Assembly: GCA_017435465.1 (NCBI GenBank) | Contig: JAFSEX010000005.1 | Coordinates: 223,982 to 287,981 of the forward strand | Reading direction: 5' to 3' | DNA from: Bacilli bacterium | GTDB taxonomy: Bacteria; Bacillota_I; Bacilli_A; RF39; UBA660 | Length of the DNA: 64,000 nucleotides | Shown: piece after piece, positions 49,161-59,843 of the stretch | How the letters are laid out: the number at the start of each line of letters is the position of its first letter | Position numbering within the stretch: position 1 is the stretch's first letter | Made by a program: the position numbers and the translations under genes | Notes under the pieces: generated by a model | Told to the model about the DNA's origin: nothing | The model's database searches: none | The model's input: the letters and a program-made list of their open reading frames with translations, nothing else

Positions 49161-50024
49161 ATGGAAAAGAAAAATACAGGGTTAATAGTTTTAGTTGTAG
49201 TTTTAAGTATTGCAATATTAGGACTTGGTGGATTTATTGTTTATGATAAGGTATTATTTAAAGATTCTAATATTGAAAATGTAGATAAAAATGAATCTTA
49301 TATGGAACAAAATAAAATTGTAAAAAAGACTGAAAAATTGATAAGTAACATTCCATTAATTCATAAATATGAAGAAAAAATCACTGATTTTAACGCTATT
49401 GATAATTATGATAAAATAACGCTTGCTGTTGATTATATAGCACGAAATGAAAATTCAAAAATTTATAATTATAGCGATAAAATAAGTGTAGAAAAAATTA
49501 ATAATACTTTAACAAAAATATTTAATGATAAAATTTCTTTTGATAATGAAAATATTATGTGTTGTTATTCTGATGAAGTTTTAGAACACTGTCATATAAC
49601 ATACGATGAACAAAATAACCAATATATTAGTGGTACAGGAGAACCACATGGATATTCAGAAACATATGCTTTTTATAATAAATTAATAAATTTTGAAAAA
49701 GTTAATAATACTTATGAATTGACTTATATTTATTTGTTTGATGAAATAGGGGATAGTCCTAGACCTATAGGGTCAGAGTTATATACTACATATGTAAACA
49801 AAAATAACCCATATATTGAATTTTCACAAAGTGATTATGATAAAATGTATGATATATATAATAAAACAGGTAAAACTGAAATAGAACAAATAAAAGAAGT
49901 AGTTGCAGAAAAAATAGAAAATCTTGATAATTATAATGAATTCCCAAAATATAAATATATAGTAGAATTGGATAATAACGATAATCCAAAACTAGTAGGA
50001 TATGAATTTATAGATGTTAAATAA
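49161..50024 (+). CDS. Hypothetical membrane-anchored secreted protein
   Basis: N-terminal TM LIVLVVVLSIAILGLGGFIVY. Start set at the ATG 9 nt after the AGGAGTG RBS; the ORF-track start is GTG at 49149. Confidence 0.5.
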   Translation: MEKKNTGLIVLVVVLSIAILGLGGFIVYDKVLFKDSNIENVDKNESYMEQNKIVKKTEKLISNIPLIHKYEEKITDFNAIDNYDKITLAVDYIARNENSKIYNYSDKISVEKINNTLTKIFNDKISFDNENIMCCYSDEVLEHCHITYDEQNNQYISGTGEPHGYSETYAFYNKLINFEKVNNTYELTYIYLFDEIGDSPRPIGSELYTTYVNKNNPYIEFSQSDYDKMYDIYNKTGKTEIEQIKEVVAEKIENLDNYNEFPKYKYIVELDNNDNPKLVGYEFIDVK

Positions 50025-50125
50025 CATATTAGTAAAAGTGTTTTTTCGACACTTTTTTTAATTTAAAACAAATTTTTATAAATTTTATGTTATACTAGTA
50101 TTACATAATAGGAGGTATACTTTTA

Positions 50126-51409
50126 ATGGATGAGTTTGTAGAGGGTAAAAATTATAAATTAAGTATCATACATCAAGACCACTATGGTAGAGGTATCGCA
50201 AAGTTTAATAGATATCCAATCTTTATACCATATACATTACCGGGAGAATTAATAGAAGTTAAAATAACAAAATCAAAGAAAAACTTTGCGGAAGGACTAC
50301 CAGAAAAATTAATAACAGTTTCTAATAATAGAGTTAAAATTCCATGTGAAAATTTTTATGTTTGTGGTGGTTGTGATATTATGCATCAAAAATATGAAGA
50401 TGGACTTAAAATGAAAAAAAGAAATTTATTAGAAATTTTATATAAATTTGGTAAGATTGATGTGACAAAACTAAAAATAAATAATGTTGTTAAGTGTGAT
50501 GATATTTTTAATTATAGAAATAAAGTAACGTTTCATGTTAAAGATAATAAAATTGGTTTTTATAAAAATGAAACCAATGAATTAATTAATATTGATGAAT
50601 GTAAAATAATTAATGATAAATTTAATAAAATTTTAAAATATATAAAAAAACATTTATCTGATAGCGGAATAACTGAAATCGTTATGAGATATGGTACATA
50701 TACTGATGAATTAATGATTATATTTAAATCTAATAAAAATATTGATGAACAATTTATTAGAAATTTAGTTAAATTAAATAAGAGTGTTAAAAGTATTTAT
50801 TTACTTAAAAATTCAAAATATAAATTAATTTATGGGGAAAAATATATTCATGAAAATTTGTTAGATAAAACATTTAGAATTAGTCCTGATTCATTTTTTC
50901 AAGTTAATACTAAACAAGCGGAGAAAATGTTTTCTAAAGTTTTAAAATATATTAATAGTGATGATAAAAATATTTTAGATTTATATTGTGGAATAGGTGT
51001 AATTAGTTTAATTATTAATAATAGTAGAAAAAATATTATTGGGGTTGATATAGTTAAAAATGCGATAGAAGATGCGAATGTGAATAAAGTTTTGAATAAT
51101 GCTTCTAAAGTGGAATTTGTCTGTGAAAATGTATCAAATATATTGCCAGTAATAAAAAGGGCAAAAAAAGATTTAGATGTTATAATTTTAGATCCACCAA
51201 GAACTGGTATTGATAAAAATAGTGTTAATATAATCAATGAATTATTGCCAAAAAAATTGATATATATTTCATGTAATCCAGTTACTTTAGCACGTGATTT
51301 AAAAACATTAAAAGAAAATTATAATGTTGAAGAAATAACTCCGTATGATATGTTTCCTATAACTCATCATATTGAAACTGTTACTTTATTAACTATAAAG
51401 GAGAATTAA
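50126..51409 (+). CDS. rlmD: 23S rRNA (uracil-C5)-methyltransferase, RumA/RlmD family
   Basis: TRAM domain N-terminus, Fe-S cysteines (CENFYVCGGCDIMH), SAM-MTase DLYCGIG and ILDPPRTG motifs. Confidence 0.8.
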   Translation: MDEFVEGKNYKLSIIHQDHYGRGIAKFNRYPIFIPYTLPGELIEVKITKSKKNFAEGLPEKLITVSNNRVKIPCENFYVCGGCDIMHQKYEDGLKMKKRNLLEILYKFGKIDVTKLKINNVVKCDDIFNYRNKVTFHVKDNKIGFYKNETNELINIDECKIINDKFNKILKYIKKHLSDSGITEIVMRYGTYTDELMIIFKSNKNIDEQFIRNLVKLNKSVKSIYLLKNSKYKLIYGEKYIHENLLDKTFRISPDSFFQVNTKQAEKMFSKVLKYINSDDKNILDLYCGIGVISLIINNSRKNIIGVDIVKNAIEDANVNKVLNNASKVEFVCENVSNILPVIKRAKKDLDVIILDPPRTGIDKNSVNIINELLPKKLIYISCNPVTLARDLKTLKENYNVEEITPYDMFPITHHIETVTLLTIKEN

Positions 51410-52092
51410 TGGAAGAATTAGTAAATATTGAATTAAAGAAATATTTAAAGAATAATATACTAAAAGAATATGAACTTAATGATTCAGGTCATAATATAGA
51501 TCATATAAATTTTGTTTTAGAACGTGCATATGAACTAAGCAAAATATATAATATTAATTATGACATGTTATATACTATTGTTTGTTTCCATGACATAGCA
51601 TGTCATATAAATAGAGAAGAACATGAAATTTTATCTGCTAAAAGATTATATAATGATGAATTTTTAAATAAATATTTCAATGAAAAAGATATGTTAATAA
51701 TGAAAGAAGCGGTAGAAGACCATAGAGCATCATTAGAATATATTCCAAGAAATATATATGGAAAAATATTATCATCAGCTGATAGAAAAATTGGTGTTGA
51801 TAATTATTTGCATGCGTCTATAGGATTTAGTATGAAAAAAAATCCTGAAAAAACTTTTGAAGAATTAATTGAAGATTCATATCAATTTGCTATAAAAAAG
51901 TTTGGAAAAGATGGATATGCAGTAAAAAAGATGTATGTTAAAGATAAAAAATATGAAGAATTTTTAAAAGAAATTCAATATTTAATCGATAATAAAAAGG
52001 AATTTATTAAAAAAGCACAAAGTGTAATAAATAAAATAATAAACTTTATTGGTAATATAATATTTTTATGTTATTATATTAATGGAGGGTGA
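51409..52092 (+). CDS. HD-domain phosphohydrolase
   Basis: HNIDHINFVLERA...CFHDIACH provide the H...HD metal-binding motif. 227 aa. Confidence 0.55.
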   Translation: MEELVNIELKKYLKNNILKEYELNDSGHNIDHINFVLERAYELSKIYNINYDMLYTIVCFHDIACHINREEHEILSAKRLYNDEFLNKYFNEKDMLIMKEAVEDHRASLEYIPRNIYGKILSSADRKIGVDNYLHASIGFSMKKNPEKTFEELIEDSYQFAIKKFGKDGYAVKKMYVKDKKYEEFLKEIQYLIDNKKEFIKKAQSVINKIINFIGNIIFLCYYINGG

Positions 52093-52099
52093 AGGTAAT

Positions 52100-53242
52100 A
52101 TGAATGAAAAAATAAAAAATATAGTTGAAAAATTTAATTTTGAAGGCAATCCAGTTAATATAGTTGAAAATAGTCAAGGAAATATTAATTCAACATATAT
52201 GATAACTTTAGATAATAATCAAAAATTTCTTATACAAAAAATAAATTCATATGTATTCAAAGAACCATATGTAGTTATGAGAAATATCGATTTAGTTACA
52301 GAACATATTAAGAAAAAATTAAGAGAAAATAAAGATACAACTCATAAAACACTAAATATTATAAAAACAAAAGATAATCAAAATTTATTTACTTATATAA
52401 ATGGTGATGGTGAAAAAGAATATTATAGAGCATATGAATTTATTGATAATTGTATATCTTATAATAATTTTGATGAATGTAAAATTTCTAAAGAAAAAGC
52501 AGCTTATAATGCAGGAAAATGTTTTGGGTTTTTTCATAAATTATTGAGTGATTTTCCTACTAGTATGTTAGTGGATACAATACCAGATTTTCATAATACT
52601 CCAAAACGTTTTAATGATTTATTAATGAGTATTGAAAATAATATAACAAATAGAGCATTTAGACATTCTATTGAAATAATTGATTTAATATCAAAAATAA
52701 AAGAATGTTCTATTATATGGGATTCTCTAGGAAAAAACATTCCTGTAAGAGTTACACATAATGATACCAAATTAAATAATATTTTAATGGATAAAGATAC
52801 TAATGAAGGTGTTGCAGTAATTGATTTAGATACTGTTATGAAAGGTTCAGTATTATTTGATATTGGGGATGGAATACGTTCTGCTTGTTCTAATTCTTTT
52901 GAAGATGAATTAGATCCAAATAAAATATTTTTAAATTTAGAAATAACTAAAAGTTATTTAAATGGATATTTAGAGGAAATGGGACCTTATTTAGAAAAAG
53001 ATGAAATAACTTATATAGGACTTTCAATAAAAACTTTGACATATGAGTTAGTTTTACGTTTTTTAACAGATTATATAAATGGAGATATTTATTTTAAAAT
53101 TAAATATCCTGAACACAATAAAGATAGATTTATGAATCAATATATTCTATTAAATGATATAAATAAAAAGATGGAAGAGATAGATGAATACGTAAACACT
53201 TTATATAAAAAACAAAAAAATAATCAATATATAAAAAAATAA
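52100..53242 (+). CDS. CotS/APH-family kinase-like protein (bacterial spore kinase type)
   Basis: VTHNDTKLNNILMD (HxDxxxxN catalytic loop) and IDLD (DFG-equivalent). N-terminal SQGNINSTYMITL is typical of CotS/YtaA/YutH. ATG at 52100 with a GGAGGGTGAAGG RBS. Confidence 0.5.
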   Translation: MNEKIKNIVEKFNFEGNPVNIVENSQGNINSTYMITLDNNQKFLIQKINSYVFKEPYVVMRNIDLVTEHIKKKLRENKDTTHKTLNIIKTKDNQNLFTYINGDGEKEYYRAYEFIDNCISYNNFDECKISKEKAAYNAGKCFGFFHKLLSDFPTSMLVDTIPDFHNTPKRFNDLLMSIENNITNRAFRHSIEIIDLISKIKECSIIWDSLGKNIPVRVTHNDTKLNNILMDKDTNEGVAVIDLDTVMKGSVLFDIGDGIRSACSNSFEDELDPNKIFLNLEITKSYLNGYLEEMGPYLEKDEITYIGLSIKTLTYELVLRFLTDYINGDIYFKIKYPEHNKDRFMNQYILLNDINKKMEEIDEYVNTLYKKQKNNQYIKK

Positions 53243-53244
53243 TT

Positions 53245-53275
53245 CAAGGCAAATCCTTGAATTATTTTACTATAG
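53245..53275. terminator. Bidirectional terminator between convergent genes
   Basis: AATTCAAGG-caaat-CCTTGAATT hairpin. Confidence 0.6.
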
Positions 53276-53957
53276 TACCAATTTTATCTCCATTAGAAGC
53301 TTTTAATAAATTTCCTTTTTTGTTTACATCAAATACTAAAATAGGTATTTGATTATCCATACAAAGAGAAGTCGCAGTTGAATCCATTACATTTAATTTT
53401 TTATTTAGTACATCAATATATGAAATTTCATTAAATTTAATTGCAGTTTTATCTTTTTTGGGATCTGCACTATAAATTCCATCAACATTAGTTGCTTTAA
53501 AAATAATATCTGCATTAATTTCTGCAGCTCTTAGTGCTGCGGCAGTATCAGTTGAAAAAAATGGATTTCCAGTTCCACAACCAAATATAACAATTCTTCC
53601 TTTTTCTAAATGCCTTGTAGCTCTGTTTTTAATATAAAATTCTGCAATTTGTCTCATTTCAATACCAGTTTGAACTCTAGATTCAACGTCAACTTGTTTA
53701 AAACCTTCTTGTAAGGTTAGTGCGTTCATTGTAGTAGCTAACATGCCTATATGATCTGCTGTGCAATGATCCATATCTTTATGACATCTTCCTCGCCAAA
53801 AGTTTCCGCCACCTACAACAATTGCAATTTCATTTCCAGCATCTTTACATTCTTTAATTTCTTCACAAATTTTTAATACTGAATTAAAATCAATGCCTTT
53901 ACCGTCATCACCAGATAATGTTTCACCACTTAATTTAATTAAAATGCGTTTACCCAT
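53262..53957 (-). CDS. pyrH: UMP kinase
   Basis: KRILIKLSGE, VVGGGNFWRG, GMLATTMNALTLQ, VIFGCGTGNPFFSTDTAAALRAAEI and DGIYSADPKKD align along the full length with B. subtilis PyrH. Confidence 0.88.
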   Translation of the reverse strand: MGKRILIKLSGETLSGDDGKGIDFNSVLKICEEIKECKDAGNEIAIVVGGGNFWRGRCHKDMDHCTADHIGMLATTMNALTLQEGFKQVDVESRVQTGIEMRQIAEFYIKNRATRHLEKGRIVIFGCGTGNPFFSTDTAAALRAAEINADIIFKATNVDGIYSADPKKDKTAIKFNEISYIDVLNKKLNVMDSTATSLCMDNQIPILVFDVNKKGNLLKASNGDKIGTIVK

Positions 53958-54058
53958 TAAAAAGTACCTCCTATATTATTAGTATAACATATTTATTAAA
54001 TTAAAACACTTGACTTTTAATCCATATTTTAAATAAAATTATAATAGGTGGTGTAAAT

Positions 54059-54862
54059 ATGAAAACAGTAGTAATAACTGGTAGTGCAAGAGGTCTTGGA
54101 TTTGAAATGGCAAAACTATTTAAAAAGAAGAATTTAAATGTAATTATTAGTGATTTAAATGAAGAAAACTTAATTAGAGCAAAAGAAGAATTAGATAAAA
54201 TAAAAAGTAATTCAAAAGTAGAACAATGTGTTTGTAATGTTACAAAATACAATGATATTCAAAACTTAATTAATTTTTCAAAAGAAAAATTTAAAAAAAT
54301 TGATATATGGATTAATAATGCGGGTGTTAATCAACCTGAAAAAGCAATTTGGGAATTAACTGAACAAGAAATAAATATGGTTTTAGATGTGAATTTAAAA
54401 GGTGCGATTATTGGATCCAAATTAATTATGGAAGAAATGATTAAAAATAAAAGTGGTGCAATTTACAATGTAGAAGGATATGGGAGTAATGATGCTAAAA
54501 TGTTAGGTCTTTCAATTTATGGAACATCTAAAAGAGCAATAACATATTTTACAGAAGCACTTGCTAAAGAATGTGAAGAAAGAAATACAGGAATAATTGT
54601 TGGTAAATTAAGTCCTGGAATTATGATTACCGATTTTATTAAAAATGCCTTAGGTGATAAAGAAAAAATTAATTTGTCTGAAAAAACTAAAAAAGTTTAT
54701 AATATTTTAGGGGATTATCCGGATGTAGTCGCTAATTTTTTAGTAAATGGTATTTTAAATAACAAAAAGAATGGCGCAAAAATAGAATGGTTAACAAATA
54801 AAAAAGCAGCATGGAGATTTATGACTGCTAGATTCAATAAAAGAGATTTTTTTAAGAAGTAA
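54059..54862 (+). CDS. Short-chain dehydrogenase/reductase (SDR)
   Basis: TGSARGLGFEMA Rossmann motif, NNAG, and the catalytic YGTSK. Confidence 0.7.
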   Translation: MKTVVITGSARGLGFEMAKLFKKKNLNVIISDLNEENLIRAKEELDKIKSNSKVEQCVCNVTKYNDIQNLINFSKEKFKKIDIWINNAGVNQPEKAIWELTEQEINMVLDVNLKGAIIGSKLIMEEMIKNKSGAIYNVEGYGSNDAKMLGLSIYGTSKRAITYFTEALAKECEERNTGIIVGKLSPGIMITDFIKNALGDKEKINLSEKTKKVYNILGDYPDVVANFLVNGILNNKKNGAKIEWLTNKKAAWRFMTARFNKRDFFKK

Positions 54863-54955
54863 ATCTAGAAAAAGATTTACTTTTTTTGTTGACAAAACTT
54901 ATAATAACGTGTACTATTGTATTAGTTAAGTAACACAATATAGAAAGGATAGATT

Positions 54956-55321
54956 ATGAAGTTTGATTTTGATAATAATATACCAATATATATACAGTTA
55001 GTTGAACAATTAAAAATATATATTATATCTGGTAAATTTAAACCAGGTGATAGGATGGCATCAGTACGTGATTTAGCTTTTCAAACAAAAGTTAATCCTA
55101 ATACGATGCAAAAAGCATTAGTAGAACTAGAAAATTTGGGATTAATATATACAGAAAGAACTAATGGAAAATTTGTTACTACTGATGAAAAATTAATAAA
55201 AAAATATAGGAATGAATATGCTAGTAATTTATCTAAACAATATTTTTATAATATGAAAAATATAGGAATTAATGAAAAAGAAGCAATTGAGTATTTAAAA
55301 AATATAGGAGGGAATAAATAA
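54956..55321 (+). CDS. GntR-family (YtrA-type) transcriptional regulator
   Basis: PGDRMASVRDLAFQTKVNPNTMQKALVELENLGLIY is the GntR HTH. The short 121-aa form is typical of YtrA-like regulators of ABC operons. Confidence 0.7.
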   Translation: MKFDFDNNIPIYIQLVEQLKIYIISGKFKPGDRMASVRDLAFQTKVNPNTMQKALVELENLGLIYTERTNGKFVTTDEKLIKKYRNEYASNLSKQYFYNMKNIGINEKEAIEYLKNIGGNK

Positions 55322-56016
55322 TGGAATTATTAAAATGTATTAATTTAAATAAAAGTTTTGGAAATAAAAAAATCTTAAAAGATATTAATTTTACTATTCC
55401 AAAAGGAAAAATAATTGGATTACTTGGAAAAAATGGAACAGGAAAATCTACACTAATAAAATTAATTAATGATTTACTAACAATTACTTCTGGTGAAATT
55501 TTAATTAATGGTGAGTCTATTGGAGTTGAAAGTAAAAAAATAATTTCGTATTTACCAGAGAGAACATATTTAGATAAATCGATGAGTGTTGATGAAGTTA
55601 TCACATATTTTAGTGAATTTTATGATAATTTTGATGCAAAAAAAGCAAGAAAATTACTTAAAGATTTAGATTTAGATACAACGCAAAAATTATCTAAAAT
55701 GAGTAAGGGAATGCAAGAAAAAGTTTGTTTAGTTTTAGTTATGAGTAGAAAAGCTGACCTTTATATTTTAGATGAACCTTTAGGTGGAGTTGATCCTGCT
55801 ACTAGAGATTATATTTTAGATACAATTTTATCTAATTTTAATGAAGGAGCATCAGTAATTATTTCAACACATTTAATTTCTGATATAGAAAGAATATTAG
55901 ATGAAGTAATTTTTATTGATGATGGTAAAATTATTTTAACATCTAGCAGTGATGAATTAAGAGAAAAGGAAAATGCATCAATAGATGAAGTGTTTAGGAG
56001 GATGTTCAAATGTTAA
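55321..56016 (+). CDS. ABC transporter ATP-binding protein
   Basis: Walker A GKNGTGKST, a signature-like LSKMSKGMQEK, and Walker B LYILDEP. Start overlaps the GntR stop. Confidence 0.8.
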   Translation: MELLKCINLNKSFGNKKILKDINFTIPKGKIIGLLGKNGTGKSTLIKLINDLLTITSGEILINGESIGVESKKIISYLPERTYLDKSMSVDEVITYFSEFYDNFDAKKARKLLKDLDLDTTQKLSKMSKGMQEKVCLVLVMSRKADLYILDEPLGGVDPATRDYILDTILSNFNEGASVIISTHLISDIERILDEVIFIDDGKIILTSSSDELREKENASIDEVFRRMFKC

Positions 56017-56801
56017 AGAAATTATTAAAATATGATTTAAAATATATGTTTAAAGTTGTAGTAATCTTTTATGGATTATCATTAATCTTTGCTTTGTTAA
56101 CAAGAATATTTTTAAATATAGAAAATTCATTTATTATGTACGTAATTGGACAAATATGTAATGGATGTATGATATCAATGTTATTTAATATTTTAATTAA
56201 TAACTTAATGCGTTTATGGGCAAGATTTAAACAAAATTTTTATGGGGATGAATCTTATTTAACACATACTCTTCCTATAGATAAAAAAACATTATATTTA
56301 TCTAAAATGTTATCTACAATTATTACTTTATTTACAAGTTTTGTAGTAATTGTATTAACAATCTTTATAGCTTATTATTCTAATGATTTTGTTGATATGG
56401 TTAAAAATATGTTATTTCCACTTAGTGATGCATATAATGTTAATATAGTTCTAATTATCCTAGCATTCGCATTTATATTATTTTTAGAAATTTTAAATAT
56501 AGTACAAGTAGGATATACAGGTTTAATTTTAGGACATAGAAAAAACAATTTAAAAGTATGGTTATCAATTGTATATGGATTTATTGCTATGACTATTAGT
56601 CAATTATTTGTTCTACTAATATTATTTGTTATCGCATTATTTAATAAAGATATATTAAATTTAATCTTTACTAACGAAATGATTAGTATAGAATCTACTA
56701 AAATAATTATTTATTTATCTATTGTTTTATATACGTTTATAATAATAGTTGAAAATTTTATAAATATAAAATTATTTAAAAAAGGTGTAGATGTTGATTA
56801 A
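56010..56801 (+). CDS. ABC-2-type transporter permease-like membrane protein
   Basis: 263 aa with 6 predicted TM segments. Overlaps the ATPase stop, so coupled in an operon. Confidence 0.5.
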   Translation: MLKKLLKYDLKYMFKVVVIFYGLSLIFALLTRIFLNIENSFIMYVIGQICNGCMISMLFNILINNLMRLWARFKQNFYGDESYLTHTLPIDKKTLYLSKMLSTIITLFTSFVVIVLTIFIAYYSNDFVDMVKNMLFPLSDAYNVNIVLIILAFAFILFLEILNIVQVGYTGLILGHRKNNLKVWLSIVYGFIAMTISQLFVLLILFVIALFNKDILNLIFTNEMISIESTKIIIYLSIVLYTFIIIVENFINIKLFKKGVDVD

Positions 56802-56971
56802 TTTTAAAGTATTTTAAAATAAAATTAAATATAATATATATTGAGAGCTAATTTATGTAAAATTTATCATTATTGATAAATTTTTTTCGATTTTTAAAAT
56901 TATACGTGTTATAATACAGTATGAGGTTTAATAAAATTTAAAATACATAAATTATAAGAAAGGGTGATAAT

Positions 56972-59539
56972 ATGTTAGAAATAAAAAAAATCAGTAAAAT
57001 ATATGAAACTGATGGTTTTAAGCAAAAGGCATTAGATAAAGTTAGTATAAACTTTAGAAATAATGAATTTGCATCTATTTTAGGACCTTCAGGAAGTGGG
57101 AAAACAACTCTTTTAAATATTATTGGCGGTCTAGATAAATATGATTCAGGAGACTTGATAATAAATGAAGTTAGTACTAAACAATATAATGATAGTAATT
57201 GGGATTCATATCGTAATCATAGAGTAGGATTTGTATTCCAAAGTTATAATTTAATTTCTCATCAATCTATTTTACAAAACGTTGAGTTAGCGCTTACTTT
57301 ATCAGGTGTTTCAAAAACAGAAAGAAGAAAAAGAGCAAAGAAAGTTTTAAACGATGTTGGACTTTCTAAGCATATTAATAAACTTCCAAATCAATTATCT
57401 GGTGGACAAATGCAAAGAGTTGCGATTGCGCGTGCCCTAGTAAATGATCCAGATATATTACTTGCAGATGAGCCAACTGGCGCACTTGATTCTGAAACAA
57501 GTAAACAAATTATGGAATTGTTAAAGAAAGTTGCTAAAGAAAAACTAGTTATAATGGTAACACATAATCCAGAACTTGCTTATGAATATTCAAATAGAAT
57601 TGTTAAATTAAAAGATGGTCAAATAATTGATGATTCTAATCCATATGATGGAAAAGAAGATACAAAAGAAGCATTAGAAATAGAACAAAGAAAATCTAAA
57701 AAGACAACAATGAATTTAAAAACTGCTTTAAGTCTATCTTTAAATAATTTGATGACTAAAAAAGGTAGAACTATTTTAACCGCTTTTGCAGGTTCGATAG
57801 GTATAATTGGAATTGCTTTAATTTTATCATTATCTAATGGACTTAATAGTTACATTCAAAGAGTAGAAGAAGATACTCTATCTTCATATCCATTATCATT
57901 AGAAAAAACAACTGTAGATAGTTCAGTTATTATGCAATCATTAATGGAATCAAGTAAGAATTCAAATGCAAAAGATGATAAAGTATATTCAAATAATATA
58001 ATGACAGATATGTTAACATCTATGGCTAAAGAACAAAATGTTAATAATTTAAAGGATTTCAAATCATATATTGAAAGTGATAAATCTAATATTAAAGATT
58101 ATTTAAGTGATTTAAAATATACATATAATTTAAATTTAAATATATATAAATCAGACTATTCAGAAAAAATTGTTCAAGTAAATCCTAGTACAGTTTTTGA
58201 TAGTTTAGGTTTAGGTGACACAGGAAATTCTGAATTTGGTGTAGCTTTTAATAGTATGGGAGAAATCAATTCATGGACTGAACTTACAAATAATAAAGAA
58301 TTATTAGATACACAATATGATTTAGTATCCGGTAAAATGCCTGAAGCTTATAATGAAGTTGTATTAGTAATGGATCAAAATAATCAAGTTAGTGATTATG
58401 CGCTATATTCACTTGGTTTATTAGATCAAAGTGAATTAAAAAGTAGTATGAAAAAAATAATGAGTGGAGAAGAAATTGAAAAGAAAGAAATGCTTGAATA
58501 CAATTATGAAGATATAGTTGGATTAAAATATAAATTAGTTTTAAATACTGATTATTATGAAAAACAAAATAATATATGGGTAGATAAATCAGATGATGAA
58601 GCATATATGAAAAATGTTTTAGATAATTCGGTTGATATTGAAGTTGTAGGTATTATTAAAATAAGTGATGAATCATCACTTACTACAACAGGTGTTATTG
58701 GATATACTAAAGAATTAACTGAATATACAATAAATAAAATAAATGAAAGTGAAATTACAAAATTACAAAAAGAAAACCCAAATGTAAATGTATTTACAGG
58801 ATTAGAATTTTCTGACAACGCAACTTTTGATATGAATAGTCTAACTATGGAACAAAAACAATATTTAGCATCACTTTCTAAAGAAGAACTTGCTAAAGTA
58901 GTTTCACAATATACAGAAAATGCATCTTCTACTTATGAAACTAATTTAATTAAATTAGGAATAGTTGATTTAGAAGATCCACAAACAATTATGTTATATC
59001 CTAAAGATTTTGAAGCAAAAGATGAAATAACTAATATTATTTCAAAATATAATGATTCAAAAGAAGAAGAAGATAAAATTATGTATACTGATATTGTTGG
59101 TGTAATGATGGATTCAGTTACAACAATAATAGATGCGATTAGTTATATTTTAATGGCATTTGTAAGTATATCATTAATTGTATCATCAATTATGATTGCG
59201 ATAATTACATATATTTCTGTAATTGAAAGAACTAAAGAAATTGGTATTTTAAGAGCAATTGGTGCAAGTAAAAAAGATGTTTCAAGAGTATTTAATGCGG
59301 AAACATTTATTGAAGGTTTATTTGCTGGTATATTAGGGATTGCAGTAACACTACTTTTAAATATTCCAATTAATATAATTATTAAAAATATTACAGGAAT
59401 TAGTGGTGTTTCCAAACTTCCAGTTGGAGGAGCAATCATCTTAGTAATAATTTCAGTAGTACTTACATTAGTTGCAGGATTAATTCCTTCACGTATGGCA
59501 AGTAAAAAAGATCCAGTTATCGCACTTAGAAGTGAATAA
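56972..59539 (+). CDS. Fused ABC ATPase / FtsX-family permease (MacB-like)
   Basis: N-terminal Walker A GPSGSGKTT, LSGGQMQRVAIARAL and LLADEPTGALD. The C-terminus carries 4 TM segments and an FtsX-type domain (ILRAIGASKKDV). Confidence 0.75.
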   Translation: MLEIKKISKIYETDGFKQKALDKVSINFRNNEFASILGPSGSGKTTLLNIIGGLDKYDSGDLIINEVSTKQYNDSNWDSYRNHRVGFVFQSYNLISHQSILQNVELALTLSGVSKTERRKRAKKVLNDVGLSKHINKLPNQLSGGQMQRVAIARALVNDPDILLADEPTGALDSETSKQIMELLKKVAKEKLVIMVTHNPELAYEYSNRIVKLKDGQIIDDSNPYDGKEDTKEALEIEQRKSKKTTMNLKTALSLSLNNLMTKKGRTILTAFAGSIGIIGIALILSLSNGLNSYIQRVEEDTLSSYPLSLEKTTVDSSVIMQSLMESSKNSNAKDDKVYSNNIMTDMLTSMAKEQNVNNLKDFKSYIESDKSNIKDYLSDLKYTYNLNLNIYKSDYSEKIVQVNPSTVFDSLGLGDTGNSEFGVAFNSMGEINSWTELTNNKELLDTQYDLVSGKMPEAYNEVVLVMDQNNQVSDYALYSLGLLDQSELKSSMKKIMSGEEIEKKEMLEYNYEDIVGLKYKLVLNTDYYEKQNNIWVDKSDDEAYMKNVLDNSVDIEVVGIIKISDESSLTTTGVIGYTKELTEYTINKINESEITKLQKENPNVNVFTGLEFSDNATFDMNSLTMEQKQYLASLSKEELAKVVSQYTENASSTYETNLIKLGIVDLEDPQTIMLYPKDFEAKDEITNIISKYNDSKEEEDKIMYTDIVGVMMDSVTTIIDAISYILMAFVSISLIVSSIMIAIITYISVIERTKEIGILRAIGASKKDVSRVFNAETFIEGLFAGILGIAVTLLLNIPINIIIKNITGISGVSKLPVGGAIILVIISVVLTLVAGLIPSRMASKKDPVIALRSE

Positions 59540-59631
59540 AGATAGAATAAATTTCTATCTTTTTTTGAAAAAATATATACATATTGCTATAAATATAATA
59601 AAATTAAAGTAGATTGATAGGAGGTATAATC

Positions 59632-59826
59632 ATGAAAAAAAGATTATATAAAATAGAAAAAGGTAAAAAAATATTTGGAGTGTGTGGTGGTATTGCAGAA
59701 TATTTTGACATTGATCCAACTGTTGTTAGATTAATATGGGTACTTTTAGTATTTTGTCTAGGTACAGGTATTTTGGCATATTTAGTTGCGGCACTTATAA
59801 TGCCATATAAAAATGAGATTGATTAA
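59632..59826 (+). CDS. PspC-domain protein
   Basis: KRLYKIEKGKKIFGVCGGIAEYFDIDPTVVRLIWVLL is the PspC motif. Start set at the ATG with a GGAGG RBS. Confidence 0.7.
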   Translation: MKKRLYKIEKGKKIFGVCGGIAEYFDIDPTVVRLIWVLLVFCLGTGILAYLVAALIMPYKNEID

Positions 59827-59843
59827 GAAAAGAGGTAAGTAAT

